DNA of 64,000 nucleotides from an uncultured Armatimonadetes bacterium (GTDB lineage Bacteria; Armatimonadota; UBA5829): NCBI GenBank assembly GCA_963711155.1, contig CAVQDB010000005.1, positions 899,298 to 963,297 of the forward strand, read 5' to 3'. Shown piece by piece: positions 40,198 to 48,798 of this stretch (position 1 is its first letter; each line of letters starts with the position of its first letter). The notes under the pieces were generated by a model. It saw only the letters and a program-made list of their open reading frames with translations, ran no database searches and was not told where the DNA came from. The position numbers and the translations under genes were made by a program.

Positions 40198-40789
40198 GCC
40201 GGTACTCGACCTGCCTTAGGGTAAGCTTACCGTCAGGGTCGAGACTGTTAACCGGGTTATCATCGCAGTATGCGTACCAATTCGCCCCATTCCTCCCCGG
40301 ATCCTCGCTTACGAACCTCCCCAGCTCCGGGTCGTAGTAGCGGGCGCGCATGTAGGTCAGGCCGGTGTCGTCGGCTGTGTGGCCGAGTCCGCCGCAGAAC
40401 TCGTGCTTCGAGTCGGTCGAGCCCGTCACCGTGTCCGGTCGAGGCGCGCCGTAGACATCATACGCGCGCGTCGCGGTGACGATGGGATGGCCGGTCGCGT
40501 TATCGCCCTCGTCGATCTCCGCGAGCACGCTGCCAAGCCCGTCGTAGAGATACCACGACCGCGTCGGCGTCTCCGGTACGTCGTCCTGCCTATATTCTAC
40601 ACCACGCGGGCCCGCAAGGTAAGTCGCCACTGCCGAGCCCTCCACAAGCTCCTGCACCACGTTCTGACCGTCGAGCAGGTAGTCCGTGGTCGTGCTGTTC
40701 TCGCCCTCCGTGACCGTCATGCTCCGCCGCAGCCCGTCCGCGCCATACTCGAAGCTCGTCGTCACCCCGCCGACCGTGCACGACACCAT
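40148..40789 (-). CDS. Orphan Rhs/YD-repeat C-terminal fragment (core end + very short tip)
   Basis: YD repeats 'SFEYGADGLRR' and 'WYLYDGLGSV', Rhs core end 'YMRARYYDPELGRFVSEDP...NWYAYCDDNPVNSLDPDGK', then only 25 aa. No N-terminal Rhs body; a REP-C copy abuts the 5' end. Confidence 0.75.
   Translation of the reverse strand: MVSCTVGGVTTSFEYGADGLRRSMTVTEGENSTTTDYLLDGQNVVQELVEGSAVATYLAGPRGVEYRQDDVPETPTRSWYLYDGLGSVLAEIDEGDNATGHPIVTATRAYDVYGAPRPDTVTGSTDSKHEFCGGLGHTADDTGLTYMRARYYDPELGRFVSEDPGRNGANWYAYCDDNPVNSLDPDGKLTLRQVEYRLGDYWSVVRSSDQPDV
40301..40612. repeat. ~310-bp direct repeat (Rhs core-end DNA), copy 1
   Basis: Aligns by eye with 42131-42437 at high identity, with long identical runs such as CCCCAGCTCCGGGTCGTAGTAGCGGGCGCGCATGTAGGTCAGGCCGGT and CATCATACGCGCGCGTCGCGGTGACGATGGGATGGCCGGTCGCGTTATCGCCCTCGTC. 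Confidence 0.9.
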
Positions 40790-40971
40790 CCGGTTCTGGC
40801 TGTCCCAGGTGTTCGTCCGCCCCCCGCCGGATGTCGTGTTGCCGGTTGCGCCGCTCCTGCTTCGGGGAAAAAAGCCTCCCGAAGCATCCGCTTACCTGCG
40901 TGGTTCGTCCCGAAGCATCGAACGCTTGATTGTCAGTGTGGCGGCCGGGTGCAGCGCCGATCCATGGCACG

Positions 40972-41684
40972 TCAAGAGCCACCGCCGCGCTTCTTCAGCA
41001 GGGCGTATCCACCTTGTTGGACGGCTCCTAGGCAATCGATGCCAAAACCGGCAGAGATCCCCGCTTGGGTAATCCGGGTGGTCAAATCGGCCGAGCTCAC
41101 ACTCGTCGAAGCGAAAAGACAGTCAGTGCCGTGTATCCCGCCTGGCATCTGAACTATTTCGCATTGCTCCAGCATATCCCGATACGTGGGGAAGCACGCA
41201 AAGCCCGCGTGCACACTGGCCTTTCTGGAGAAGCAGAGGCGGTCGTTCCAGCCCCAGCAGAGAGAAAGGAACGTACATGGCAGTCCCACGCGCATCACCT
41301 CAGAGCTGCTGCAGAACAGCTCGATCATCCCATAACCTTCCAAACGCAGCAGGTCGAGAGAAGCAACGGGATGACCGTCGAGATTCTGCTCGATCTCGTA
41401 ATAGCCCGCCGCAGCGCGGCGTTCCACGTATGGCCAGAAGGCACGAACGCAGGAGAGCCCCAACTCGCGCAGCACACTCTCCCGGTATGCTTGTTAGTGA
41501 AAGTCCACACTCCTATGGCACCCTCAGGCCCGGCGATCGCCGAGATCAGTCGGGAGGCTGCGTCAGCATACAACCCGTGATTGCTGTCAGGCGACAGAAT
41601 CCGCTCGGCCACGTCGACAAGAGCGACGTCACAATCAAGCAGGTCGCCCTTTGGCAGTAACCACTCAGGCCAGGGCGGTACCAT
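40972..41684 (-). CDS. Candidate immunity protein for the upstream Rhs tip, one frame break near ~41480
   Basis: Starts 28 nt after the Rhs-tip stop. Pieces lie in ORF 41325..41840 (from 'MVPPWPEWLLPKGD') and ORF 40972..41475. The junction reads '...VWTFTNKH/YRESVLRELGLSC...'. No known domain recognised. Confidence 0.45.
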
Positions 41685-41712
41685 AGCGGCCACCTCCAGC
41701 CGCGCGTTGGCA

Positions 41713-42440
41713 TCAGAATTCCTTCCCGTTGAGTGCGTCATATAAATCCCTCCACATCTTCGACCAGCCGCTGACGCTGTTCTGCACGTCGAAATGAGGT
41801 TTGCCGTGGGTAAAGAAGTCCACGAACACCTGGCGCGCACCGTTCGTTATGGCAACTCCGGTAGCCTGGCCCGTTCGCTGACTGCGGCATATCTTCGCTG
41901 GACATCCTCCGGGCCACCCTCTAGGGCTTGGATGATCCGTATCGCCCAGGGGTAGAGCGCAATCTCCAGTCTCTGGATGACACGAAGCCCCAGCGCCTAC
42001 AGCGGCAGATGCTGCTGTGACCTCCTGCACCAGCACGTCGTCTGGACCATATACAAGCCCCGTCGCGTCGGTATAGGACACGGGGTCGCCACTACAGTAA
42101 GCGTACCAGTTGCTTCCTTGCCCCGCCGGATCCTCGCTTATAAACCTCCCCAGCTCCGGGTCGTAGTAGCGGGCGCGCATGTAGGTCAGGCCGGTCGAGT
42201 CGGCTGTGTGGCCGAGGCCGCCGCAGAACTTGTGCTTCGACGCGCTCGCCGAGTCATCGCTTTCCAAGGGGCGAACCGACCCGTAGACATCATACGCGCG
42301 CGTCGCGGTGACGATGGGATGGCCGGTCGCGTTATCGCCCTCGTCTACCTCCGCGAGCACACTGCCGAGCCCGTCGTAGAGATACCACGACCGCGTCGGC
42401 GTCTCCGGTACGTCGTCCTGCCTATATCCTACACCACGCG
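41713..42440 (-). CDS. Orphan Rhs C-terminal fragment with ~113-aa tip of unknown fold
   Basis: ORF 41713..42360, with Rhs homology continuing without a start codon to ~42437. The upstream homology reads 'RGVGYRQDDVPETPTRSWYLYDGLGSV'. Core end 'YMRARYYDPELGRFISEDP...DPVSYTDATGL', then a unique tip ending 'ITNGARQVFVDFFTHGKPHFDVQNSVSGWSKMWRDLYDALNGKEF'. Confidence 0.7.
42131..42437. repeat. ~310-bp direct repeat (Rhs core-end DNA), copy 2
   Basis: See 40301-40612. Confidence 0.9.
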
Positions 42441-42566
42441 GGCCCTTTCCTCTTTCGGGATTTCGGCAGTACGCGCGGTCGAACTGCTATCTTCGGAGTG
42501 ATGCCCCAGACCCCCGCACCCGCCCGGTCCCTTCCCTTCTACTCCCTATTCCCTACTCCCTATTCC

Positions 42567-44762
42567 CTAGCCTTCGCGGACTTCATAGCGGACGTGGGTG
42601 GAGATGCTCTCCCGCACCCAGATGTAGGACTGATCTATGGAGCAGCGTTGGCGGCGCTTGTAGCCGGCCGGCGGTTCGGCTTCCTGAGTGGCGAGCCAGT
42701 CGAGGTAGGGGTCATGCTCCTGACCGCCGCGCCAGATCGTAGTTCCCCAGCCGTAGGTCTTGCGCGCGCGCCGCTCCGGCGTCTCCGGCGTGAGATCGAT
42801 CTCGTCTATGACCGGGTTCGCAAAGCCGCCGACCGGCAGCGCAACGATGAACGCCTTCCGGCGCCTCGATGTCGATCCGAAAGGCGCCCTCCTCGAACCG
42901 CCATCCGACCTCGACGAATCCCGCCGCGGTCTTGATCCTGCCGCTCGCCCACTGCAGATCCCCCACCCGTGGCTGGATCACGCTGCCGCCGCCGGCAACC
43001 GACGGTTTCACGCCCAGGATCTCGGCTGCAAGGAAACACGTCGGCGCGCCCGACGAGCCGCAGCACAGCGCGCCGCCTGCGTCGGGAAACGACTGCCACC
43101 ACGTCGTTGCGCCAAGGCGGAGCATTCCCCCCCACGTCTCACGGACAAGGTCGAGAGCAGCTTTGGTCTGCCCCAGACCCGCCATCACCTGCAGGAGCGG
43201 AAGACGCGGGCGAAAACCTCCAACCGCGTCATCGACCTCGTCCGGGATCGCGCACTCGCCCGCACGGTCGTGCCAGGCGAGGGAGTCCTCGGTGTTCGAC
43301 ACGGCCGCCGCCAGCTTGGAGGCGTCGCGCAGGACTCGACAGTCCTGGGCCGTTTCGGCGACATCGCACAGGCGCGGATAGAGCTGGATGACAAGGCCGA
43401 GGTCGGCTGTGTGCAGGTAATAGTCGTGCAGCATCACCACCCACTCCGGGTCCGCCTCGGGCGAGTTGGCAAACCGCTCCAGCGCCTGCGCGGCGAGAGG
43501 CGAATCGAAGAAGGTGTAGTAGTTGATGAGCGCCTGAAGCCGGGCATCGCCGACGCGCTCCACCGGATCGCCGAGCGGCCACGTCTCATAGCGATCCTGC
43601 ATGCACGCGCTGAGAGTGTAGACGCCGGTGCGCCATATCTCATTGAGCAGCTCATCCGAACAACTGAACGTCGAAACCAGCTCCGCCGGGTAGCCTACCC
43701 GCGTGACGTGCACGGACTCGAATCGAGATCGGGCTGTCCAGGTTTCGGCACGTAAGCTGGACATACCTGAACGCTCGGCGGCCGAATCCCTGCAGTTCCT
43801 GACGACCGCCGTGAAGCACGAGCCTGTCGGCCTGGAGAATGCCTCCTCGGGTGGGATCGACGCGGCCGTTCTCATCGAGCGCCTCGCTGTAGCCGATGTC
43901 GATCACCGCATGTCCCGCCGCGCGTATCTTGAGCACGGGATAGCCGACGACCTCCATGCCGAAGTCCAAGATTGTGTAGGAATCCCGGCCAGAGTTGATC
44001 GCCGCGCACTCGCCCGACGAGTGCAGGAGCTCCTTGGGGTACTTGACCACACCATCGTCAGGCTGGGTCTGCTCGCGATGCATGCGAGTCGCGACGTCGA
44101 GCGAGGCATCGTCGATTGGAGTCACGACGCCGCATCCGACCACGGCGCGCGGGTATATGTCCCATTCCTTGAGCGGCGGGATCTGGCGAGGGATGAGGCT
44201 CCCGCTGTCCGCTTCGCCGACCATGTGGGCCGGTTCCCAGTCGGCATCGTCGAATCCGACCACGTTCCAGCCCACAGGCTTGCTGCGGGAGTCGTAGACC
44301 TCCTGGAAGCCGATGGAGTCTGCCCATGCGGGCGGAGTTGAAGTCCCAGTCGTCGGCGGGCGTGACACTCCAAGTCTCGTCGGTGACGATGACCTGCCTG
44401 TCGCCGTTGTGCTCGATATGGAGTTGGAGCAGGAATCCGGCGGAGATGCTTCGAGGGCTTTCTTGCCCGAAGCAGTCTCTACGCCGCAGTTGTAGCAGAT
44501 CGCGGCGATGACGTTCTTGCCGGGGCGCAGAACGTGGCTGAGATCGTGGGTATCGTAGGTTGAACCGGGGCGGCATGGGCCCGGGCCGCGGCCGATATAG
44601 CGGCCGTTGACGTAGAGCTTATACTCCGAGCGAGCACGTGACGCACGCCTCGGCGCTGGGCGCGGCATCGACCTCGAACTCCCGGCGGGCATAGACGTAG
44701 CAGTTGGGAGTATCGAGCAGGGACTTGCGCCCATATCCATTTGCTTGCCATCCATCGATCAT
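42567..44762 (-). CDS. GH78-like (alpha-L-rhamnosidase family) six-hairpin glycosidase, at least 6 frame breaks
   Basis: N-terminal 'YKLYVNGRYIGRGPG...GKNVIAAICY', with middle and six-hairpin pieces in ORFs 44619..44867, 43652..44755, 44058..44576 and 42712..43875. My translation of the 3' end gives '...FIVALPVGGFANPVIDEIDL...VRYEVREG*' with the stop at 42567. Confidence 0.6.
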
Positions 44763-46199
44763 CGCATACGCCGCAGGATGTCCCAATATGCTCCGCGAGC
44801 GCCATCGCGATCGCGCGGACCAGCACAGTGTTATCGTTATAGTTGTAGTTGCTGTCGACCTCCTCATGCGATGGCAGGAAGAAGCGCTTGTCGCCGGCGA
44901 CCATGTCGCTGACGATTCCCACCATGTCCGCGCCGAGGTCGGGCGCGACGTAGAAGACCGGCCGAAGGAAGTCCGGATTGTCCTCCTTCGCGCCGTAGAT
45001 GTCCGGGATTCGACGCGATATCGCCCTGCGAGCGCACCCAGTCGGCGGTCGCCGTGCCATCGTAGATGCGAACGCCCATCGACAGACCCACGCAGTCCGC
45101 ATCGATGTTGCGCATGAGTTCGATTGTCTCACGCACGGTCTCGCGGGTCTCGCCGGGACTGCCGATCAGCAGGTCATACATGAACGGAATTCCGTGCTTG
45201 TGACAGAGCTCGGCGGTGCGGGCGAGATCCGTCGGACCGGAACGCGCGGCCCAAGGCGCTTGAGCATATCGTCATTGCCGCTGTCCGCCCCGAAATCGAC
45301 TCCCGCGCAGCCCGCGCGCTTGAACAGGTCCGCCATTTCCTCGTCAAATGGCGTGATCGAGCAGTAGGCATACCAGCGGATCCGACTCGGCGATGCCGGC
45401 GTCGATGATCTCCCGGCAGACGGCTTTCGCGTGATCGCCGGGGACGTTGAACTCGCAGTCGCAGGTGTGGAAGTGGTCAACGCCCTGCGCGAGCAGCGCT
45501 TTGAGTCTCGTCAACGACGAGCTTCGGCGAGCGAAGGCGAACGTGGCGGCCTCTTGGAGACGGGATCGGCGCAGTAGACGCAGTTCATGTCGCAGCCGCG
45601 CTTGGTCTCGATGCCGGCCTGGCCGCCCTCGCGGAAGTAGAGCGCGTTGTCGACGAACGAGCGCGTGCGGGGGAGATCGTCGAGCGCGGCGTACTGGGTC
45701 GGATTGCGCCGCAGCGCGTCCTTGTCCCAGTAGAGCAGGTTCGGGAACGGACTCCAGGCCTGATCGGGTGCAGAAGCGCCTTGGCAAGGCTGCGGGAACG
45801 CCTCCTCGCCCTCGCCCGCGATGCCATAGTCGGGCCGGCAGAACCGCATCACCGCCTCAGGCATCACCGAGAACCCCACCCCGCCCATCACAATCGGCGC
45901 GTCGGAATGCTTGCGGACGCAGTCTGACGACTTCCTTGACGAACGGCAGGAAGAACGCGCCGCTCATGTAGCACTCGTCGGTGTTGCGCACGGTGAGGCC
46001 GATGAGCTGCGGCTCGAAATCGCGCACGGCCGACCTGATGTCGGCCGTGAACATCCTCCGAGAAGCAGAGATCGAGCAGACGCGGCTCATGGCCGGCCTC
46101 GATAAGGCTGTCGGCGACGTAGTCGAGGCCGATCGGGGCGCAGGCGGGCTTCATTCGGTTTGTGTTGACGAGCAAGATTCTCATAGTTGCTAAGTTCAC
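44759..46199 (-). CDS. B12-binding-domain radical SAM protein, at least 6 frame breaks
   Basis: 'MRILLVNTNRMKPACAPIGLDYVADSL', 'IGLTVRN', and the radical-SAM cluster 'ETKRGCDMNCVYCADP'. Pieces lie in ORFs 45888..46199, 45857..46090, 45511..45891, 45344..45787, 45166..45480, 44864..45181 and 44479..45132. The predicted TGA overlaps the ATG of the next gene (ATGA). Confidence 0.75.
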
Positions 46200-46229
46200 A
46201 AGTTCTGAATAGTCGAGATTGACCGAGGC

Positions 46230-46777
46230 TCACTCCGACTCGTAGGCTTGCGTCAAGGACATCGGGCTTGTCGAGAATCGCGCCGCTTGGGGCCGACGCC
46301 GTCCACGATCGATGTCGGTCGACGAATTGCAGGCCGAGGTAGTCGAAGCTGAGCTCGAACATGCTGAACCAGCGGTTCGGCGGCGGTCGGGCCCTCTTCT
46401 TCGTAGGCGGTCACCAGGATCGCGCGCTTGCCCTCGATCAGCGGCCGGCCCTGCGGTCGATTGAACGGCACGAGGCGGTCGATGAATGCCTTCATGATCG
46501 CGGTGGGCGCGTACCAGTAGACCGGCGTGGCGAAGAGCAGCACGTCGGAGCCAGCGATGGTGTCGTAGAGCGGGATCATGTCGTCGTTGATCGCGCACGG
46601 CCGGCCCTCGACCTGCCAGCACCTCTCGCAGCCGATGCAGGCGCGGATCTTCAGCGTGCGCAGCGCGACTGATTCGACTTCAAGGCCGGCTTCCCTGGCG
46701 CCGTCGAGAACGCGCTCCGCCAGAATGTCCGTATTGCCGCCCTTGCGCGGGCTGCCGAGAAATGCGGTTAGTTTCAT
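46230..46777 (-). CDS. Flavodoxin-like fold NAD(P)H-dependent FMN reductase / iron-sulfur flavoprotein-like, 2 frame breaks near the 3' end
   Basis: 'MKLTAFLGSPRKGGNT', 'CIGCERC' and 'ATPVYWYAPTAIMKAFIDR' in ORF 46253..46777. Confidence 0.7.
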
Positions 46778-46786
46778 GTCGAGTCC

Positions 46787-47304
46787 TCAGTTATCAGTCA
46801 TCGGTTGCGGTGAGAAGCGGTCGTGATGGACCCGGCCCTCGGGAATCTTGGCGTCATGCGGGCCGGGGTGGCGGGCGGGTTGGCCGAGAGGAGTGCCTGC
46901 CACGACGCCGATGTGCTCGCGGCAGGTTCAGGCCTTGTGCATGATGCCGTCGTCTTCCTCGCTTCAGCATCACCCAGCACGTGCCGAGGCCCATCTCGGT
47001 CGCCTGGATCAGCATGTTCTCCATGAACGCCGAGCCGTCCTCGATCCAGAGATCCTGCTGCGTCCGATCGACGCAGACCACGATCACAACCGGCACTCGG
47101 GCCAGTATCTTCGACCACTGGTGTATGCCCGCAAGCGCGTCCTTTGTGGCCTGGTCCTTCACAACTACAACGTGCCAGGCGAACGCGGCGTGCCCGGACG
47201 GCGCGCAGAAACCGGCCTTGAGCACCTCCTCGATGTCCGCGTCGCTGACGGGATGTGTCGCTGTAGAACCTTACGCTTCTTCTATTCTGTATCGCTTCGA
47301 GCAT
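46787..47304 (-). CDS. Nitroreductase-family protein, 2-3 frame breaks
   Basis: 'MLEAIQNRRSVRFY' with the start at 47304, and 'APSGHAAFAWHVVVV...IEDGSAFMENMLIQATEMGLGTCWV' in ORF 46854..47225. My translation of the 3' end gives '...PEGRVHHDRFSPQPMTDN*'. Confidence 0.75.
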
Positions 47305-47760
47305 CCGGATCAAGCGCCTCCAATACGTGCTGCACGTGGGTGCCACGCCAGTAGATTCTATCACAACTCGCGCAGTAACCGAACTCCGGCCTGCGTCTGC
47401 ATAGACATACGGCGGCACGCGGCCCTCGACCTCGGGCTTGCGATAGGGGCGTTATTTCGCCGTTGCAGACCGCGCAGCGGGTGAACAGCTTCTCGCGGTC
47501 CACCCTCAGATCAAGCTCGCGCACGACCTGCCGGACCTGCTCACCCGTGCTGCCCCAATCGACGAACACGCACCGTTTGCGCACCATGCGCCTATCGCAC
47601 AGTCGCCTGTCGCGTGTGAGCAGCATGCCGATCCTCCCGCACCGCGATGCGAACAAGCTCATCATCATCGGCGTCGGGGCATGTAGCTGGTGTCGTAGCC
47701 GAGCATCCTCAGCCACTTCGCCAGCTTGCCGAGCATACAGTCCGCGATGAATCTGGCCAT
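47282..47760 (-). CDS. Mut7-C RNase-domain (DUF82-type) protein, one frame break near ~47680
   Basis: 'MARFIADCMLGKLAKWLRMLGYDT' with the start at 47760, '...LLTRDRRL...', and zinc ribbon 'RCAVCNGEI...CASCDRIYWRGTH' in ORF 47282..47716. Confidence 0.75.
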
Positions 47761-47779
47761 GGCCTTATGAAGGGAGAAT

Positions 47780-47817
47780 CGCGAAAGGGAGAAAGCGGAA
47801 TTCCGCTTCCTTTCGCG
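47780..47817. repeat. Palindromic element CGCGAAAGGGAGAAAGCGG-AATT-CCGCTTCCTTTCGCG
   Basis: Near-perfect hairpin 20 nt upstream of the Mut7-C start. Same family as the arms at 61577-61611 and 61737-61773. Confidence 0.85.
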
Positions 47818-47940
47818 AGTCGCCGTTGCTGGGTAATGGTTAGGCGCGGAGGGCCTGGAGTCCTGCCGTGCTGAAACGCAAATGACGCGACTGGGGGGCG
47901 AATAGCGCGAATGGGACATGCAGGTGGTAGTGACAGTCCA

Positions 47941-48290
47941 GCGCCGGCAACGGAATTGCCGGATACACGCGCCCAGCAAACGGAATTGCTGAGCGAACGA
48001 GTCGCAGCGTGGGCAACGGCAACAGAGTTGCCGAATACACGCGCCCAGCAAACGGAATTGCTGGGCGAACGACAGCGTGGGCAACGGCAACAGAGTTGCC
48101 GGATACACGCGCCCAGCAAATGGAATTGCTGGGCGAACGAGTGGCAGCGTGGGCAACCGCAACAGAGTTGCCGAATACACGCGCCCAGCAAACGGAATTG
48201 CTGGGCGAACGAGTAGCAGCGTGGGCAACGGCAACAGAGTTGCCGAATACACGCGCCCAGCAAACGGAATTGCTGGGCGAACGAGTCAGG
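47941..48290. repeat. 68-72-bp tandem repeat, ~5 copies, each with two hairpins
   Basis: Unit GCGTGGGCAACGGCAACAGAGTTGCCGAATACACGCGCCCAGCAAACGGAATTGCTGGGCGAACGAGTNGCA. The hairpins are GGCAAC/GTTGCC and CCCAGCAA/TTGCTGGG. There are no unique spacers. Confidence 0.95.
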
Positions 48291-48717
48291 CCGAGGGGCG
48301 CATTCGGGATCTGATCTCCTCGGTCCAGCGCTGGATGTCGCGGACCTGGAAGCCGACTTCTCTGCCGTCGGCGAGTTTGAGGATCATGAACGCGCGGCCG
48401 TTGCGGTAGTTGCCGTGGAACCAGGTGTCACTGGAGATATCGACTACGTCCTTGAGAGGATAGATCATATTGCGGCCAAGCGGCGGGATGAAGATGAGTC
48501 TGCTGTCGGTGAGGCCCATCGCGCCCATGGTCTTGACCGATACCGACCGCCAGAATCCCTGGTAGAAGCTGTTCTCGGGTGGAATGACCCACGTCTCGCC
48601 GGATCGCTCGATCGCTCGCCTGGTGCTAACCGTGCGCCTTGCCCGAAGCCAAAACACGAGGCCCCATACGCCTCCGAAGATGAGTGCGAACAGACCAATG
48701 TCTTTCAGCATATCCAT
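48286..48717 (-). CDS. Membrane-anchored hypothetical protein (possibly PH/GRAM-like fold)
   Basis: Intact 143-aa ORF with N-terminal TM 'IGLFALIFGGVWGLVFWL'. Confidence 0.5.
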   Translation of the reverse strand: MDMLKDIGLFALIFGGVWGLVFWLRARRTVSTRRAIERSGETWVIPPENSFYQGFWRSVSVKTMGAMGLTDSRLIFIPPLGRNMIYPLKDVVDISSDTWFHGNYRNGRAFMILKLADGREVGFQVRDIQRWTEEIRSRMRPSA

Positions 48718-48798
48718 GCAGCCTCCGCAAGAGCCACCCTATATGGTTCGCCGTCGTCGAGTGCAGTCCTGCCGGCGTGCCGATGCCAATAGCACTAC

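Noticed and set aside
37700-42500. A complete Rhs/T6SS or other toxin-delivery locus
   Set aside because: Only the last ~100-190 residues of Rhs cores are present. There is no N-terminal Rhs body and no PAAR, VgrG, Hcp or secretion genes in the window. It is treated as orphan cassettes.
47941-48290. Possible CRISPR array (regular ~70-bp periodicity)
   Set aside because: The segments between the conserved cores are themselves identical in every unit, so there are no unique spacers. No cas genes are present. It is a plain tandem repeat.
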